Shown in pieces: positions 9,937 to 19,572 of a stretch of DNA of 64,000 nucleotides (positions are counted from its first letter, which is position 1; the number at the start of each line of letters is the position of its first letter). A program made the position numbers and the translations under genes. The stretch is taken from positions 62,001 to 126,000 of the IMG/VR virus record IMGVR_UViG_3300022744_000022; one strand, given 5' to 3'. The notes under the pieces are model-generated. The model made no database searches. It was given only the letters and a program-made list of their open reading frames with translations, and was not told where the DNA came from.

Positions 9937-10580
9937 TGGCTCGGGACTATGAGCGTGAAGCGTATGCCGATCACGAGCGTGGTCTAGCGATCCAGGCATG
10001 GTTCAAGGCTCGTGTTGCCAACATCCACAAGCACGTCTCGGCAGCCGACGTGCTGTCCCGTAACGGGGTGTCGCTTCGTAAGAGCGGTGGGCAGGAGGAA
10101 CAGATCTCGTGTCCTTTCCACGGGGCTGACAAGAGGCCCTCGGCCCGCTACTTCCCAGAGCACGGGGACAGTCTCTCGCACGTTTGGTGCTTCGTGTGCC
10201 ACAAGCGGTGGGACGCTGTTGGGCTATGGAAGCAGTTCACGGGCGAGACCAAGTTCTCAACCCTGCTCTTCAACCTAGAGAAGGCGTTTGGGATCACGGC
10301 CCCCGAGTACAACATCGCTCCAAGTCCTGAGGATGAGTACGACCCGCTCAAAGAGGAAGTCGAGAAGTTGTTGGAGGCCTGCGAGAACCGGCTGCGTGAG
10401 TACAAGGATTCCTTTGACATGACCGCCCACTTGAAGGTCGGGTCCATCTTGGACCAGATCAGGTTCGGACTGGATCGGGGCGCAGTTACACTGCCGGAGG
10501 GTCGGGATCGGTTGCAGCAAGTTTTAGCGAAGATTGGTCAAAAAGTACGTGCCGCGAAGACTTCGACTCCCGAGCGTTGA
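9936..10580 (+). CDS. stand-alone CHC2 primase-type zinc-finger protein
   Basis: CPFHGADKRPS...WCFVC; no TOPRIM domain. Confidence 0.75.
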   Translation: MARDYEREAYADHERGLAIQAWFKARVANIHKHVSAADVLSRNGVSLRKSGGQEEQISCPFHGADKRPSARYFPEHGDSLSHVWCFVCHKRWDAVGLWKQFTGETKFSTLLFNLEKAFGITAPEYNIAPSPEDEYDPLKEEVEKLLEACENRLREYKDSFDMTAHLKVGSILDQIRFGLDRGAVTLPEGRDRLQQVLAKIGQKVRAAKTSTPER

Positions 10581-10977
10581 GATGGGTTTTCTGGAGCTGT
10601 ACCTCATTTACGATGAGGGCGGCGTCTGGGAGATGGAGTGGCGCGAGCTTCAAGGGGTGCTGGAGCTTCCGGTGGTGAGCAAGGAGAACATGGACCATGC
10701 ACTGCATGGTTGGACCCGACCCCTGGTAGACGCTTTGGGGCCGCCCCCCAAGGGCATGTTGTTGAAGCTTCCGAAGACTGCCCGGCGATGTGCGCACGAA
10801 GCGACCTGCCCGTTCTACGACAAACGGCGGTGCGAGATTTTCCACGCGAAACTTCCGTGGTGTTTTGAGGCGGCCGGTCTGGCGGCTCCGAAACTTGTGG
10901 CCGAAGTGATCAAGCTGTGGCGGCAAGAGGTGTACGTGATGCTCGTAAGGGAGCCGCCGGATGCCTCAAGTGGATGA
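10549..10977 (+). CDS. hypothetical Cys-containing protein
   Basis: ORF bridging the primase Zn finger and polA; start uncertain (10534/10549/10581). Confidence 0.55.
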   Translation: MPRRLRLPSVEMGFLELYLIYDEGGVWEMEWRELQGVLELPVVSKENMDHALHGWTRPLVDALGPPPKGMLLKLPKTARRCAHEATCPFYDKRRCEIFHAKLPWCFEAAGLAAPKLVAEVIKLWRQEVYVMLVREPPDASSG

Positions 10978-13975
10978 CGATGATGATCTCAGCGCCTTCT
11001 TGGCTTTGGCCATGTCGGACATGCCTGCGCCTAAAGCTGAGACGCCACCCCAAGCGGCCCCCGCTGCACCGGCGGTGGAGGCCTCTCTTGATGAGTTTCT
11101 GACAACCGCAGCGGTCCCTGAGTCCCCCGCAGCGGTTGAAGCGTCGATCGAAGAATTCCTATCCTCTAGAGAACCGGATTCAGAGCCTGAGGCCGTTGAG
11201 GCTGCCCCTACGGCAGAGCCCGAAGGGGATGATGCTCTATCGTTTCTAGCGAACTCTGGGCTCAAACGAGTCCGTGACGTTCCGGACATCATCAAGCCGT
11301 GGATGAAGCACCACACCTTCACTCAGGTGAAGACGCTTGCTGAGGTCAACCAGATCGTTGACGAGTGCATCAAGCGAGGCTTCTGCTCTCTCGATCTAGA
11401 GACGCAGGGTCTAGATAACCGCATCTACTACGACGCTGCTGGGAACCCGCAGACGGTCCACAAGATCGTAGGCTTCTGCATTTCCTACGACGGTATCGAG
11501 GGTTTCTACATCCCGGTCCGGCATCGACCCACAGATGGGGGTCCAGATCTCAACGTCACGCCCGTAGCAAGCGTGGAGCAGGCCATCTCTCGGCTTTGCC
11601 ATGCTGCGATCCCGGTCGGTACCCCCGAGGCTATCGAGAAGGACTTGCTCTCGTACGAGGCTCCGCGTCCACAGGTCGTCATTGCCATGTGGAACGCGCA
11701 GTTCGACCAAGAGTTTCTGTACCCCATCACGGGGATTGACTGGTGGCACCCCAGTTCCTTCGAGGACGGGATGTTGGCCGCTTTCACCAAATGGGCTGGC
11801 GACAAGGCACTCAGCCTCAAGAAGAAGGCGGTACAGCTTCTCAAGGATCCCGACGGCAACCCGTACGAGATGATCGAACTCAAGGAGCTGTTCGATAAGG
11901 GCCGGAAGATCCAGTTCGACACCTTGGCCCCTGATGAGCCCGGTGTGCTTCGTTACGCGGGTTCCGACGCTATCTGCACCTACAAGCTCTGCCAGATCCC
12001 GGATTTGGTACCGCTGTGTTTGGAGAAATACGGGTTCACGTACCGACTTGAGAAGCAGACGACTTGCGCTCTGCGGGTGATGGAGCGTAATCGGGTCTAC
12101 ATCACGCGGGACAGGGTTCGTGAAACGCTGCGTGAGCAAGAGGCTTTGCGTGATGACTTGCTCCAGAAGATCCGTGCGTTCGCTTGGGAGCAGAAGCAGG
12201 TTCGTCTAGATCCGAACTCCCCCAAGCAACTCGGGGAGTTTCTGTTCGGAACGGGCGCTCAGGGCATGGGGATCACTCCCGCTCCTGACAAGAACGAGGC
12301 ATCGGGGCAATACAAGACCGACGGTGACACGCTAGAGGAGCTGGCCAAGGCACCCAACGCTCCGACGATTCTCAAAGAGATCGTCACCTACCGCGAGCTG
12401 GAGAAGTACATCGGTACCTATCTGCTCAACCTTGCGAACAACCCAGACGAGAACTCTGAGTTGCGGTTCTGCTTCAAGCAGACCGGCGCGGCGTCGGGAC
12501 GTTTGTCAGCCCCCTCGGGGGATCCCGAGCAAGGGCAGTCGGGTGTTCCGGTCCACGGTATCCCGGGTGGCTCAGAAGTTCGGCGCAACTTCGAGGCCCG
12601 TAAAGGGTACACGATGGCCAAGTGTGACTACGCAGGCGAGGAGCTGCGTATCGCAACCAACATCACGAACGAGCCTGTTTGGATCAAGGAGTTCACGTAC
12701 GGCACTGGTGACCTGCACACCATCACGGCCCAGGCGTTCTTCAGCAAACAAGAGGTCACCAAGGAAGAACGTAACGCGGGTAAGATCGCTAACTTCTCGC
12801 TGCTCTACGGTGGCGGTCCCAAGGCTATCGTTCGTGCCACGGGCTGCGATGACATGGAGGCCCGTCGTCGTAAGCAGGCGTTCGACAAGTCGGTCCCGGT
12901 CTTTGCGAAGTGGATCAAGACCCAGCATGAGGCGGTCAAGAGGGATTTGGGGGTTTGGACGGCCTTCGGTCGTTGGCTCTCGATTCCAGATGCCCGGCAC
13001 ATGGATCAGGCGATTCGGGCAGCCTGCGAGCGGCACGCGGTCAACTACCAGATTCAGGGTGCTGGCGCTGACATCATGAAGATCTCGATGGTCACGCTGC
13101 ACAAGGCGTTCCATCGTAAGGGTTGGCTCCGGAACGGCGGCGACGATTCGATCCGAATGCTCTTGACCGTACACGACGAAATCGTCTTCGAGATCAAGCA
13201 CGAGCGGGTAGCTGAAGCGATCCCCTTGATTGTCGAGATCATGGAAGCCCCGTGGAGGCGTCCCAAGAAGCCGGAGTGGAAGGTGCCTCTCGTGGTGGAG
13301 CCTCTTGTGGGGTTCAACTGGGCCAGCGGGTACATGGTGGAGCGGGCCAAGCCTGGCCACAAGCTCAGCAATACCGAAGTCTTGATTAACGGTTTCGTGT
13401 ACCACACGACACGCAAGCCTAAGATTAAGAATGACGTGATTGTTGAGTCCCTTGACACCCAAGAGGTCGTGGAGGGTAAGAAGTTCCGGGTCGTGGATCC
13501 CCCGTGGTTGATGGGTCGTGTTCCTGGGGTTGAGGACCCCAACGAAACCACGCCTTCGGCGGCACCTGATCCGGCTCCGACCGCTTCTCCGGCAGCAGTG
13601 GAAATGCCCCCCGCCGACGGGGATCAGGCGGAGTTGGATCAGATGTTGGAGGGTCTTACGGAGTCGGGGCCGCTTGCAGCTCCAGCCCCTTCGGCACCTT
13701 CCCCAGCCCTTTCGGCACCCCCACCGGCGTCGGCTTCTCCAACGACTACCTCGCAATCTGAGGTGCTCAAGATTGCGATCAATCAGCTCAACGAGCAGAC
13801 CGCCGAACAGGTCTGCGACTTCCTTCTGAGCAGTGGCGACAACGACGCCGGGGTGGTGCTTCACCTCACGGATATTGTTGGGGAAACGTTGATCTCCCCT
13901 GACCGTGGCTGGATGGTCCTTAAGGATACGTTCATAGCCAAGCTACGTAAACACAACCTGTTGTGTGCCGAATGA
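10961..13975 (+). CDS. polA: family A DNA polymerase with 3'-5' exonuclease
   Basis: LDLETQG, WNAQFD, YAGSDA (exo); CDYAGEELR (A), RNAGKIANFSLLYG (B), LTVHDEI (C). Confidence 0.95.
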   Translation: MPQVDDDDDLSAFLALAMSDMPAPKAETPPQAAPAAPAVEASLDEFLTTAAVPESPAAVEASIEEFLSSREPDSEPEAVEAAPTAEPEGDDALSFLANSGLKRVRDVPDIIKPWMKHHTFTQVKTLAEVNQIVDECIKRGFCSLDLETQGLDNRIYYDAAGNPQTVHKIVGFCISYDGIEGFYIPVRHRPTDGGPDLNVTPVASVEQAISRLCHAAIPVGTPEAIEKDLLSYEAPRPQVVIAMWNAQFDQEFLYPITGIDWWHPSSFEDGMLAAFTKWAGDKALSLKKKAVQLLKDPDGNPYEMIELKELFDKGRKIQFDTLAPDEPGVLRYAGSDAICTYKLCQIPDLVPLCLEKYGFTYRLEKQTTCALRVMERNRVYITRDRVRETLREQEALRDDLLQKIRAFAWEQKQVRLDPNSPKQLGEFLFGTGAQGMGITPAPDKNEASGQYKTDGDTLEELAKAPNAPTILKEIVTYRELEKYIGTYLLNLANNPDENSELRFCFKQTGAASGRLSAPSGDPEQGQSGVPVHGIPGGSEVRRNFEARKGYTMAKCDYAGEELRIATNITNEPVWIKEFTYGTGDLHTITAQAFFSKQEVTKEERNAGKIANFSLLYGGGPKAIVRATGCDDMEARRRKQAFDKSVPVFAKWIKTQHEAVKRDLGVWTAFGRWLSIPDARHMDQAIRAACERHAVNYQIQGAGADIMKISMVTLHKAFHRKGWLRNGGDDSIRMLLTVHDEIVFEIKHERVAEAIPLIVEIMEAPWRRPKKPEWKVPLVVEPLVGFNWASGYMVERAKPGHKLSNTEVLINGFVYHTTRKPKIKNDVIVESLDTQEVVEGKKFRVVDPPWLMGRVPGVEDPNETTPSAAPDPAPTASPAAVEMPPADGDQAELDQMLEGLTESGPLAAPAPSAPSPALSAPPPASASPTTTSQSEVLKIAINQLNEQTAEQVCDFLLSSGDNDAGVVLHLTDIVGETLISPDRGWMVLKDTFIAKLRKHNLLCAE

Positions 13976-14604
13976 CCCAACGACACGATCTATACGGCGA
14001 ATGCAACACGGTGGGGGCCCCTAACGAGGTCTTTGCCGAGCAGTGCTGCAAACACTGCATCAACCCGGAATGCACCCGCAGCGCTTTTGGTAAGACCAAG
14101 TTCGACCAGAGGGTGAACACTTGGTACGACCGCTTGTTCGCGCATGTTCCGCGTATGGATCGGGGGGATCCGAGGTTCGAGGGCATTGCGGCTCAGCGGT
14201 TCATGCTGATCAATCCGGCGTTGACCGTCAATTCCCAAGCGTCCTGGGTGGATCCTCGTGACTTGTCGGATCAGGTTGCGGTGCCTAACCGGGCTCCAGA
14301 CCCGCCAGAACCCGTTCCTGAGCCGCCGCAAGTTCAGGAAGCCCCACAGGCTCCGGTTGCCGAAAGTCCGCCCGTAGAGGCCCCACAAGCGCCTTCCCTG
14401 CCTGTTGTTCCACCCCAGCAGTCTACGGGGCGTTTATCCCCGAATCTGGTGACCGCCAACACGGCCGTGCAACAGGGGCGAATGCTTCAACCGCCTCCGG
14501 GGGCCCCAAAACCGAGCAATTCCTGGGATGCCCCTGTCCCCACGACCGATACCGCTGGGGTCAAGGTTGTGAAATCGGGGGCTCGTGTAAAACTGGGCGG
14601 CTAA
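13972..14604 (+). CDS. hypothetical protein (Cys cluster, Pro-rich tail)
   Basis: ATGA overlap with the polA stop; CCKHCINPEC. Confidence 0.65.
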   Translation: MTQRHDLYGECNTVGAPNEVFAEQCCKHCINPECTRSAFGKTKFDQRVNTWYDRLFAHVPRMDRGDPRFEGIAAQRFMLINPALTVNSQASWVDPRDLSDQVAVPNRAPDPPEPVPEPPQVQEAPQAPVAESPPVEAPQAPSLPVVPPQQSTGRLSPNLVTANTAVQQGRMLQPPPGAPKPSNSWDAPVPTTDTAGVKVVKSGARVKLGG

Positions 14605-14632
14605 ACGGTGTAGCTAGAGGCCAGGAGGACAC

Positions 14633-14806
14633 ATGAAGGGTAAGACAACTATCAAGCCGGATGGCACGGTCGTCACTGAAGTTCTGGAGCGTGAGGGCCA
14701 GGACTGCAAAGAGGTCATGAAGTTGACCGAGCGGATCGGCCAGCAGATTGGCGAGGAGATCACGGGGCCCGATTGCGATACCAACAACGAAACCACCATC
14801 GGCTAA
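14633..14806 (+). CDS. DUF2997-like small protein (57 aa, absent from ORF track)
   Basis: AGGAGG SD; MKGKTTIKPDGTVVTEVLEREGQDCKEVMKLTERIG...; IxPDGxV and conserved Cys; adjacent to a DUF1257-like gene. Confidence 0.7.
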   Translation: MKGKTTIKPDGTVVTEVLEREGQDCKEVMKLTERIGQQIGEEITGPDCDTNNETTIG

Positions 14807-14830
14807 GTCCGAGAAAGAAGAAAGCACGCC

Positions 14831-15160
14831 ATGTCACGACGCATTTCTACGAAGACTTCGATCACGGACAAAGAGCTGGCTCTGCAAGCGTTGAAGCAGG
14901 CGGGCATTCAGTATCAGGATCAAGGCAACTCCATCCGTTTCACGTCAGGTGAGATGGCCAACGCCACCTTGGACTTGACCACGGGCACCATTTCCGGCGA
15001 TTCCGACTTCGGTCACACGAAGGAACGCTTGGTGGGGTTGCTTCGCCAACACTACTCCGAGGCTCAGATCAAGCGTGAGTACGCAAAGCTGGGCACGGTC
15101 ATCGATGAGCGTCTGACCGACAAGCAGGGCAACGTTGTGCTCATGTGGCACATGGCCTGA
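14831..15160 (+). CDS. DUF1257/Ycf35-like protein
   Basis: MSRRISTKTSITDKELALQAL...LRQHYS...G...G.VVL pattern. Confidence 0.7.
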   Translation: MSRRISTKTSITDKELALQALKQAGIQYQDQGNSIRFTSGEMANATLDLTTGTISGDSDFGHTKERLVGLLRQHYSEAQIKREYAKLGTVIDERLTDKQGNVVLMWHMA

Positions 15161-15162
15161 GT

Positions 15163-15432
15163 GTGACTCGCGACGAGATAGCAGATTTGCTTTCGACTGA
15201 GAACCCATCGGCGCTTTTGGCCGATGGGTTTGAAGACGCCTTTTTAGGTGTGGCACGTCGTTGCGGTCAACCAGCACTTGCCGTGTACGACTACCGTTTG
15301 GGCGTCAAGGTGTTGATGCAACGTGACGCCATGTCCTACGAGGACGCCGTGGAGTGGATGGCGTTCAACGTCTTGGGCGCGTGGGTTGGGGAACACACTC
15401 CAATGTGGCTTGTGACACCTGAGACGGTGTAG
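15163..15432 (+). CDS. conserved phage hypothetical protein
   Basis: DGFEDAFLGV...AVYD...MSYEDAVEW..FNVLGAWVGEHTP. Confidence 0.65.
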   Translation: MTRDEIADLLSTENPSALLADGFEDAFLGVARRCGQPALAVYDYRLGVKVLMQRDAMSYEDAVEWMAFNVLGAWVGEHTPMWLVTPETV

Positions 15433-15442
15433 TGGATCTACG

Positions 15443-16987
15443 ATGCTCCCTGAACTAGCGTTTCACATTAAGACGTTCACACGTCTCATCTACTTCGTCA
15501 CTCCCGAAGAGGACCGCTTCCTCGTCCAGCTCCGGGACGCAATGAAGACACAGGTGCCGCATGTGAAGGTCTACAACGCGGCGTTCGGCCTCGTTCCGTT
15601 GACGCAGCTCATTGGGGATTGGTCGAGCAAGGCTCATGCGTCGGATGGGCCTACGCAGGGCATTCACGACGCCCTCATTGCAATCTATAAAGAGCCGACT
15701 CCGACTGACGCCAAGATCTACATCATCACGGATCCTGATCGTTGGTTGAAGGACGAGCACGTTCAACGCCGCATCCTGAACATCTTGCATCAAGTCCATA
15801 ACGACACCAGCACTGTGAAGGTGCTGATCTGCGTGAGTAGCCGCCGCTTCGTTCCCGAGAAGCTTGCGAGGTACACGGAAGTCGTCCAAGACACCGGGCT
15901 GTCGTCGGATGAAATCCTGGAGATCGTAAGCTCAACGTGCGGCAGGCTCAAGATCGAGCCGCCTGAGGACACCGATCGAGTGTTTAAGGGCATGACGGGC
16001 TTCGAGGTCCAAGCGGCTCTCATTCAGACCAAGCGGAAGGCTCGGTTTGCTGATCCTAAGTTGCTGTCCGAGTATCGGTTCAAGCAGCTCCGCAAGACTG
16101 ACCTGGTGCAGTACATCGACACCTCAGACTACACTTTCGAGTCTGTGGGGGGCGCTGGGCGCTTCAAAAATTGGGTCGGAAAAATGAAATCGGCTTGGAC
16201 CCCTGAGGGCCGGGCGTTTGGTCTTGAGCCGCCCAAGGGGGTGTTGGCCGTCGGGGTTTGGGGCACGGGCAAGTCCCTGTCTATCAAGGCCTTGGGCAAC
16301 GCTTGGGGGCTGCCTGTTGTGCAACTGGACATGGGACGTTTGCGTTCATCGGGCGTGGGTGATTCCGAGTCCAACGTGTATCAGGCGATCAGGATCATCG
16401 AGGCGGTAGCGCCCTGCATCATCTGGATCGATGAGGCAGAAAAGAGCCTGTCCGGTGGGCAGTCCTCTGCTCAAACGGACTCAGGTACCACGAGCCGTAT
16501 GATTGGGGCACTCTCGACTTGGATGCAAGAAACCAAGTCACCCGTGTGCGTAGCGATGACTGCGAACTCGCTCAAGACTCTGCCTGTCGAGTTCGTGAAC
16601 CGCATGGACGAGCGGTGGTTCTTCGACCTGCCGTCCCAAGAGGATCGCATCGACATCCTCAAGATCCACCTGAAAAAGCGTAAGCAGGAGCCCCTCAACT
16701 ACAACCTTGCGTTGTTGGCTGAAAAGGCCGAGTCGATGGTGGGCCGCGAGATCGAGCAGTGCTTGAAGGCAGCGATGACCCTCAGCTTTGTGGAAGGGCA
16801 TTCTCACCTCGATGAAGCTATTTTTGTCAACGAGCTAGAGCATAAGCCTCGAATCGTTCGCACAATGGTGGATGAGATCAAGGAAACCCTCGACTGGGTG
16901 GGCTTTGACCCGAAGGTGGATGACGGGGTTCGGGCACGCTTTGCAGCCGACCCTAAAGGCCCCGACCGCAAGTTCTCGGTAGCGTGA
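15443..16987 (+). CDS. Ycf46-like AAA+ ATPase
   Basis: Degenerate N-terminal AAA (TPEEDR), then GVWGTGKS, IWIDEAEK, MTAN, RMDE. Confidence 0.85.
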   Translation: MLPELAFHIKTFTRLIYFVTPEEDRFLVQLRDAMKTQVPHVKVYNAAFGLVPLTQLIGDWSSKAHASDGPTQGIHDALIAIYKEPTPTDAKIYIITDPDRWLKDEHVQRRILNILHQVHNDTSTVKVLICVSSRRFVPEKLARYTEVVQDTGLSSDEILEIVSSTCGRLKIEPPEDTDRVFKGMTGFEVQAALIQTKRKARFADPKLLSEYRFKQLRKTDLVQYIDTSDYTFESVGGAGRFKNWVGKMKSAWTPEGRAFGLEPPKGVLAVGVWGTGKSLSIKALGNAWGLPVVQLDMGRLRSSGVGDSESNVYQAIRIIEAVAPCIIWIDEAEKSLSGGQSSAQTDSGTTSRMIGALSTWMQETKSPVCVAMTANSLKTLPVEFVNRMDERWFFDLPSQEDRIDILKIHLKKRKQEPLNYNLALLAEKAESMVGREIEQCLKAAMTLSFVEGHSHLDEAIFVNELEHKPRIVRTMVDEIKETLDWVGFDPKVDDGVRARFAADPKGPDRKFSVA

Positions 16988-18153
16988 TGCCCGACATATT
17001 AGCCAAAGTTGATGTATCGGTCTTGACCGTGGCGAACCCGGTTGCCGGGACGCTCTTGGCTGCCCGAACGGTCATCCGAACGGTTCCGGAGATCCAGGTG
17101 CTGTTCCAGGACGCTCGCGAAAAGGGGTGGACCGCTGGGCAGCTCGCCGATGCTCTGTACGTCCAGTTGCCCGAGCACCTTCTGGACCCGCAGGACCTCT
17201 GGGAAACCTGCCTGTACCTCGCGGACGAGTTCTTCCAACTGGGGGAGCACACGTTGCTCGTGTCCTCGGAAACTGGGCTCGCAATCGCCAGGGTCCAGGA
17301 GGACGACATCTACCTGCCTGCGCCCGTTTCCCGTGAAACAGAAGACGGGTCGGTACGGCTGGCTCAACCGCTGCCCCGTCTCCGGCCTGACCTGGAGGGG
17401 TTGATTGTCCAGTGGCAGTTTGACCGCGCCCAGGACCGGAAGGTGGTTCAAGGGCTCGCCGTCAAGCTACCCAGCTCTGCGCTGCTGGCTCAGGAAGGGG
17501 ACAACCGTCTTCTTCAAGTCACCCAAGACGGGCGGCGGCGAATTGTGGATCGTTTACGGGCAGATCTCCCCACGATTCTGCATGGAGACGTGCCGGGGGT
17601 GAGCGGAGCACTGCTCAAGCTGTGCAAGTTTAGTACAATCGGGGAAGTACCGTCCGGCTTCTTGCCTTGTGCCCCTTCGACGGCTCTGGTCCGAGTGACC
17701 CGTCCGGTGATTGACCCGTTGGCAGCCAATCTGAGACAAGATGCCTACACGGCGTTGCTTGGGCAGATCAGGTCGGGGTGGGTCCGAGACATCGCCCGAG
17801 TGTTGTCGGGGCTTGTGCATGGCTTACGGGAGGTCCAGGACGCCTCGGTGCTGGACGCCTTGCCGGGGAGTCTTTGGATCTGCGAGCCCAACACGGCGAT
17901 GGCTCTTCGTGGGAAGGTGGTGTTGCCAGTGCCTGGGGCGGCCACGACGTTAGTCCATGCGTGGCTCGATACCCCGGTGGCGTACATCTGCCCCCGAGAG
18001 GACTCGTACGCCTGCCAGTCCAGAGAGTTCTTGGGCCGCTGGGAGGTGGGGGCGAGCCTAGAGTTTGCGTTGCACCTGAACCCCCAAGCCTTCTCGGCTT
18101 ACCGCCTCAAGGATGTGTTGGAATCAGGGGTTTCGGTAGAGGTGGTGGCGTGA
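16984..18153 (+). CDS. hypothetical protein
   Basis: 389-aa ORF overlapping both neighbours. Confidence 0.65.
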   Translation: MMPDILAKVDVSVLTVANPVAGTLLAARTVIRTVPEIQVLFQDAREKGWTAGQLADALYVQLPEHLLDPQDLWETCLYLADEFFQLGEHTLLVSSETGLAIARVQEDDIYLPAPVSRETEDGSVRLAQPLPRLRPDLEGLIVQWQFDRAQDRKVVQGLAVKLPSSALLAQEGDNRLLQVTQDGRRRIVDRLRADLPTILHGDVPGVSGALLKLCKFSTIGEVPSGFLPCAPSTALVRVTRPVIDPLAANLRQDAYTALLGQIRSGWVRDIARVLSGLVHGLREVQDASVLDALPGSLWICEPNTAMALRGKVVLPVPGAATTLVHAWLDTPVAYICPREDSYACQSREFLGRWEVGASLEFALHLNPQAFSAYRLKDVLESGVSVEVVA

Positions 18154-18365
18154 AGCATTACTACTCTGTAGTGGCCTTCGCGACCACCTCTAGGCAGTAC
18201 CAGGACCCTATGATCTTCATCGAGCCCGGTCTCAACGTCTTCACGGTGACCACCGACGCGATTGATGCTCTTGTGTCTCGCCTAAAGGCAGACGGGCATC
18301 GTATCGATGAGGTGAACCAGCTTGACGGGTCGGAAGCACACGTCGTCAACCGACTTAGCTCGTGA
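18150..18365 (+). CDS. hypothetical protein
   Basis: GTGA overlap start, MKHYYSVVAF... Confidence 0.5.
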   Translation: MKHYYSVVAFATTSRQYQDPMIFIEPGLNVFTVTTDAIDALVSRLKADGHRIDEVNQLDGSEAHVVNRLSS

Positions 18366-18615
18366 GGCGTTACTTCAACACCTCCGACGGGATCCGTCAC
18401 GGATCCTGTACGCTGGCCCTATCACGCTTTGGTTACGGGGTGGGTACAGCTTGGAGCGCGTGGAAGCGCTTCTTGAGAATTTGGTGACCGAGGGTGTCCT
18501 CCGGTACGCCACCCCTCAGGAGCTTGCGACTGCTTCGCTGCGTCACGGGTATTTCTTGACCCCTGAGGGTGTTGCGAAGCTGCCTCCAGAAGATCGATCC
18601 TACGGAGTAACGTGA
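18322..18615 (+). CDS. hypothetical protein (possible winged helix)
   Basis: LENLVTEGVL...YFLTPEG pattern. Confidence 0.45.
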   Translation: MTGRKHTSSTDLAREALLQHLRRDPSRILYAGPITLWLRGGYSLERVEALLENLVTEGVLRYATPQELATASLRHGYFLTPEGVAKLPPEDRSYGVT

Positions 18616-18640
18616 CTCGGAACCTGGTGTATGCCGGGTC

Positions 18641-19021
18641 ATGTCCAAGCTTCGTGTGGTGATCGAGAGTCCCCTGAAAGGCGACTTTGAACGGAACAAG
18701 CGATATGCCCTGTGGTGTGGCTATCACTGTTTCACCCTGGGTGAGGCCGCCTACGCGAGCCACCTGTTCTACCCGCAGTTTTTGAACGACCTTGATCCTG
18801 AGCACAGGAAGTTCGGGATCGAAGCCGGGTACTGCTGGGCCCAAACAGCGGATCAGTTCGCTTTCTATACCGACCTTGGTTGGAGCGACGGGATGCTGCG
18901 GGCCAAGGACCGTTGGGCAGGCCGCGTAACGGTTGAGCGTCAGCTCCCTGCGGACATGCTGAGCGCTTTTGAGCGTGGTGAGCTTCCGGGTCAGACCCCT
19001 GGATTCGAGGCCACCCTATGA
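18641..19021 (+). CDS. nucleoside deoxyribosyltransferase-fold phage protein (DUF4406/DUF7768-like)
   Basis: VVIESPLKGD..RN..YA, ASHLFYPQFLND..PEHR..GI, DLGWSDGM; GGTGTA at 18626. Confidence 0.65.
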   Translation: MSKLRVVIESPLKGDFERNKRYALWCGYHCFTLGEAAYASHLFYPQFLNDLDPEHRKFGIEAGYCWAQTADQFAFYTDLGWSDGMLRAKDRWAGRVTVERQLPADMLSAFERGELPGQTPGFEATL

Positions 19022-19572
19022 GACGCAAACGCCTGCTAGTCGATGTTGATGAAGTTCTGGCGGACTTCCATACCCCCGTGTTTGATCTTGCCGCGAAGTT
19101 GTTCGGCAAGAAACTGACCTCAGAGGACTTCGACACTTGGGATCTCTTTGATCACTTCCCAAAGGCGGAGCGTAAGGCCCTCTTCAATGCGATGGAGCAG
19201 CCTGGCTACTGCACGTCTTTGCCGCCTCTGCCGGGAGCCCTTGAAGCGATCCAAGAGCTGCGGAACTACGTGGACGTGTACGTGGTGACGAGTCCGTTCC
19301 CGAGTCCCACTTGGGTCTCAGAGCGTTATGCCTGGTTGCATGAGCACTTCAACTTCAAGCCGAGTGAGGTGATCACTACCAGCTCCAAGTTCGTGGTCGC
19401 GGGGGACGCATTCTTGGATGACCGCCCCGACAACGTGGTGGATTGGCTGGAAGCCCACCCGCAGAAGACCGGGATGCTCTGGCACACACCCAACACGAAG
19501 ACGTTGGTCGAGCACGACTCTCTGCGGGTGTACTCGTGGGAACAGGTTATTCAGAAAGTGAAAGCACTATGA
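19018..19572 (+). CDS. 5'(3')-deoxyribonucleotidase (NT5C, HAD)
   Basis: LLVDVDEVLADF, VVTSP, WLHEHF, FLDDRP. Confidence 0.85.
   Translation: MRRKRLLVDVDEVLADFHTPVFDLAAKLFGKKLTSEDFDTWDLFDHFPKAERKALFNAMEQPGYCTSLPPLPGALEAIQELRNYVDVYVVTSPFPSPTWVSERYAWLHEHFNFKPSEVITTSSKFVVAGDAFLDDRPDNVVDWLEAHPQKTGMLWHTPNTKTLVEHDSLRVYSWEQVIQKVKAL

Noticed and set aside
12572-13864. 430-aa minus-strand ORF (also 4525-5538, 51691-52581, 52609-53544 and similar)
   Set aside because: These lie opposite well-supported genes and read as antisense artefacts.
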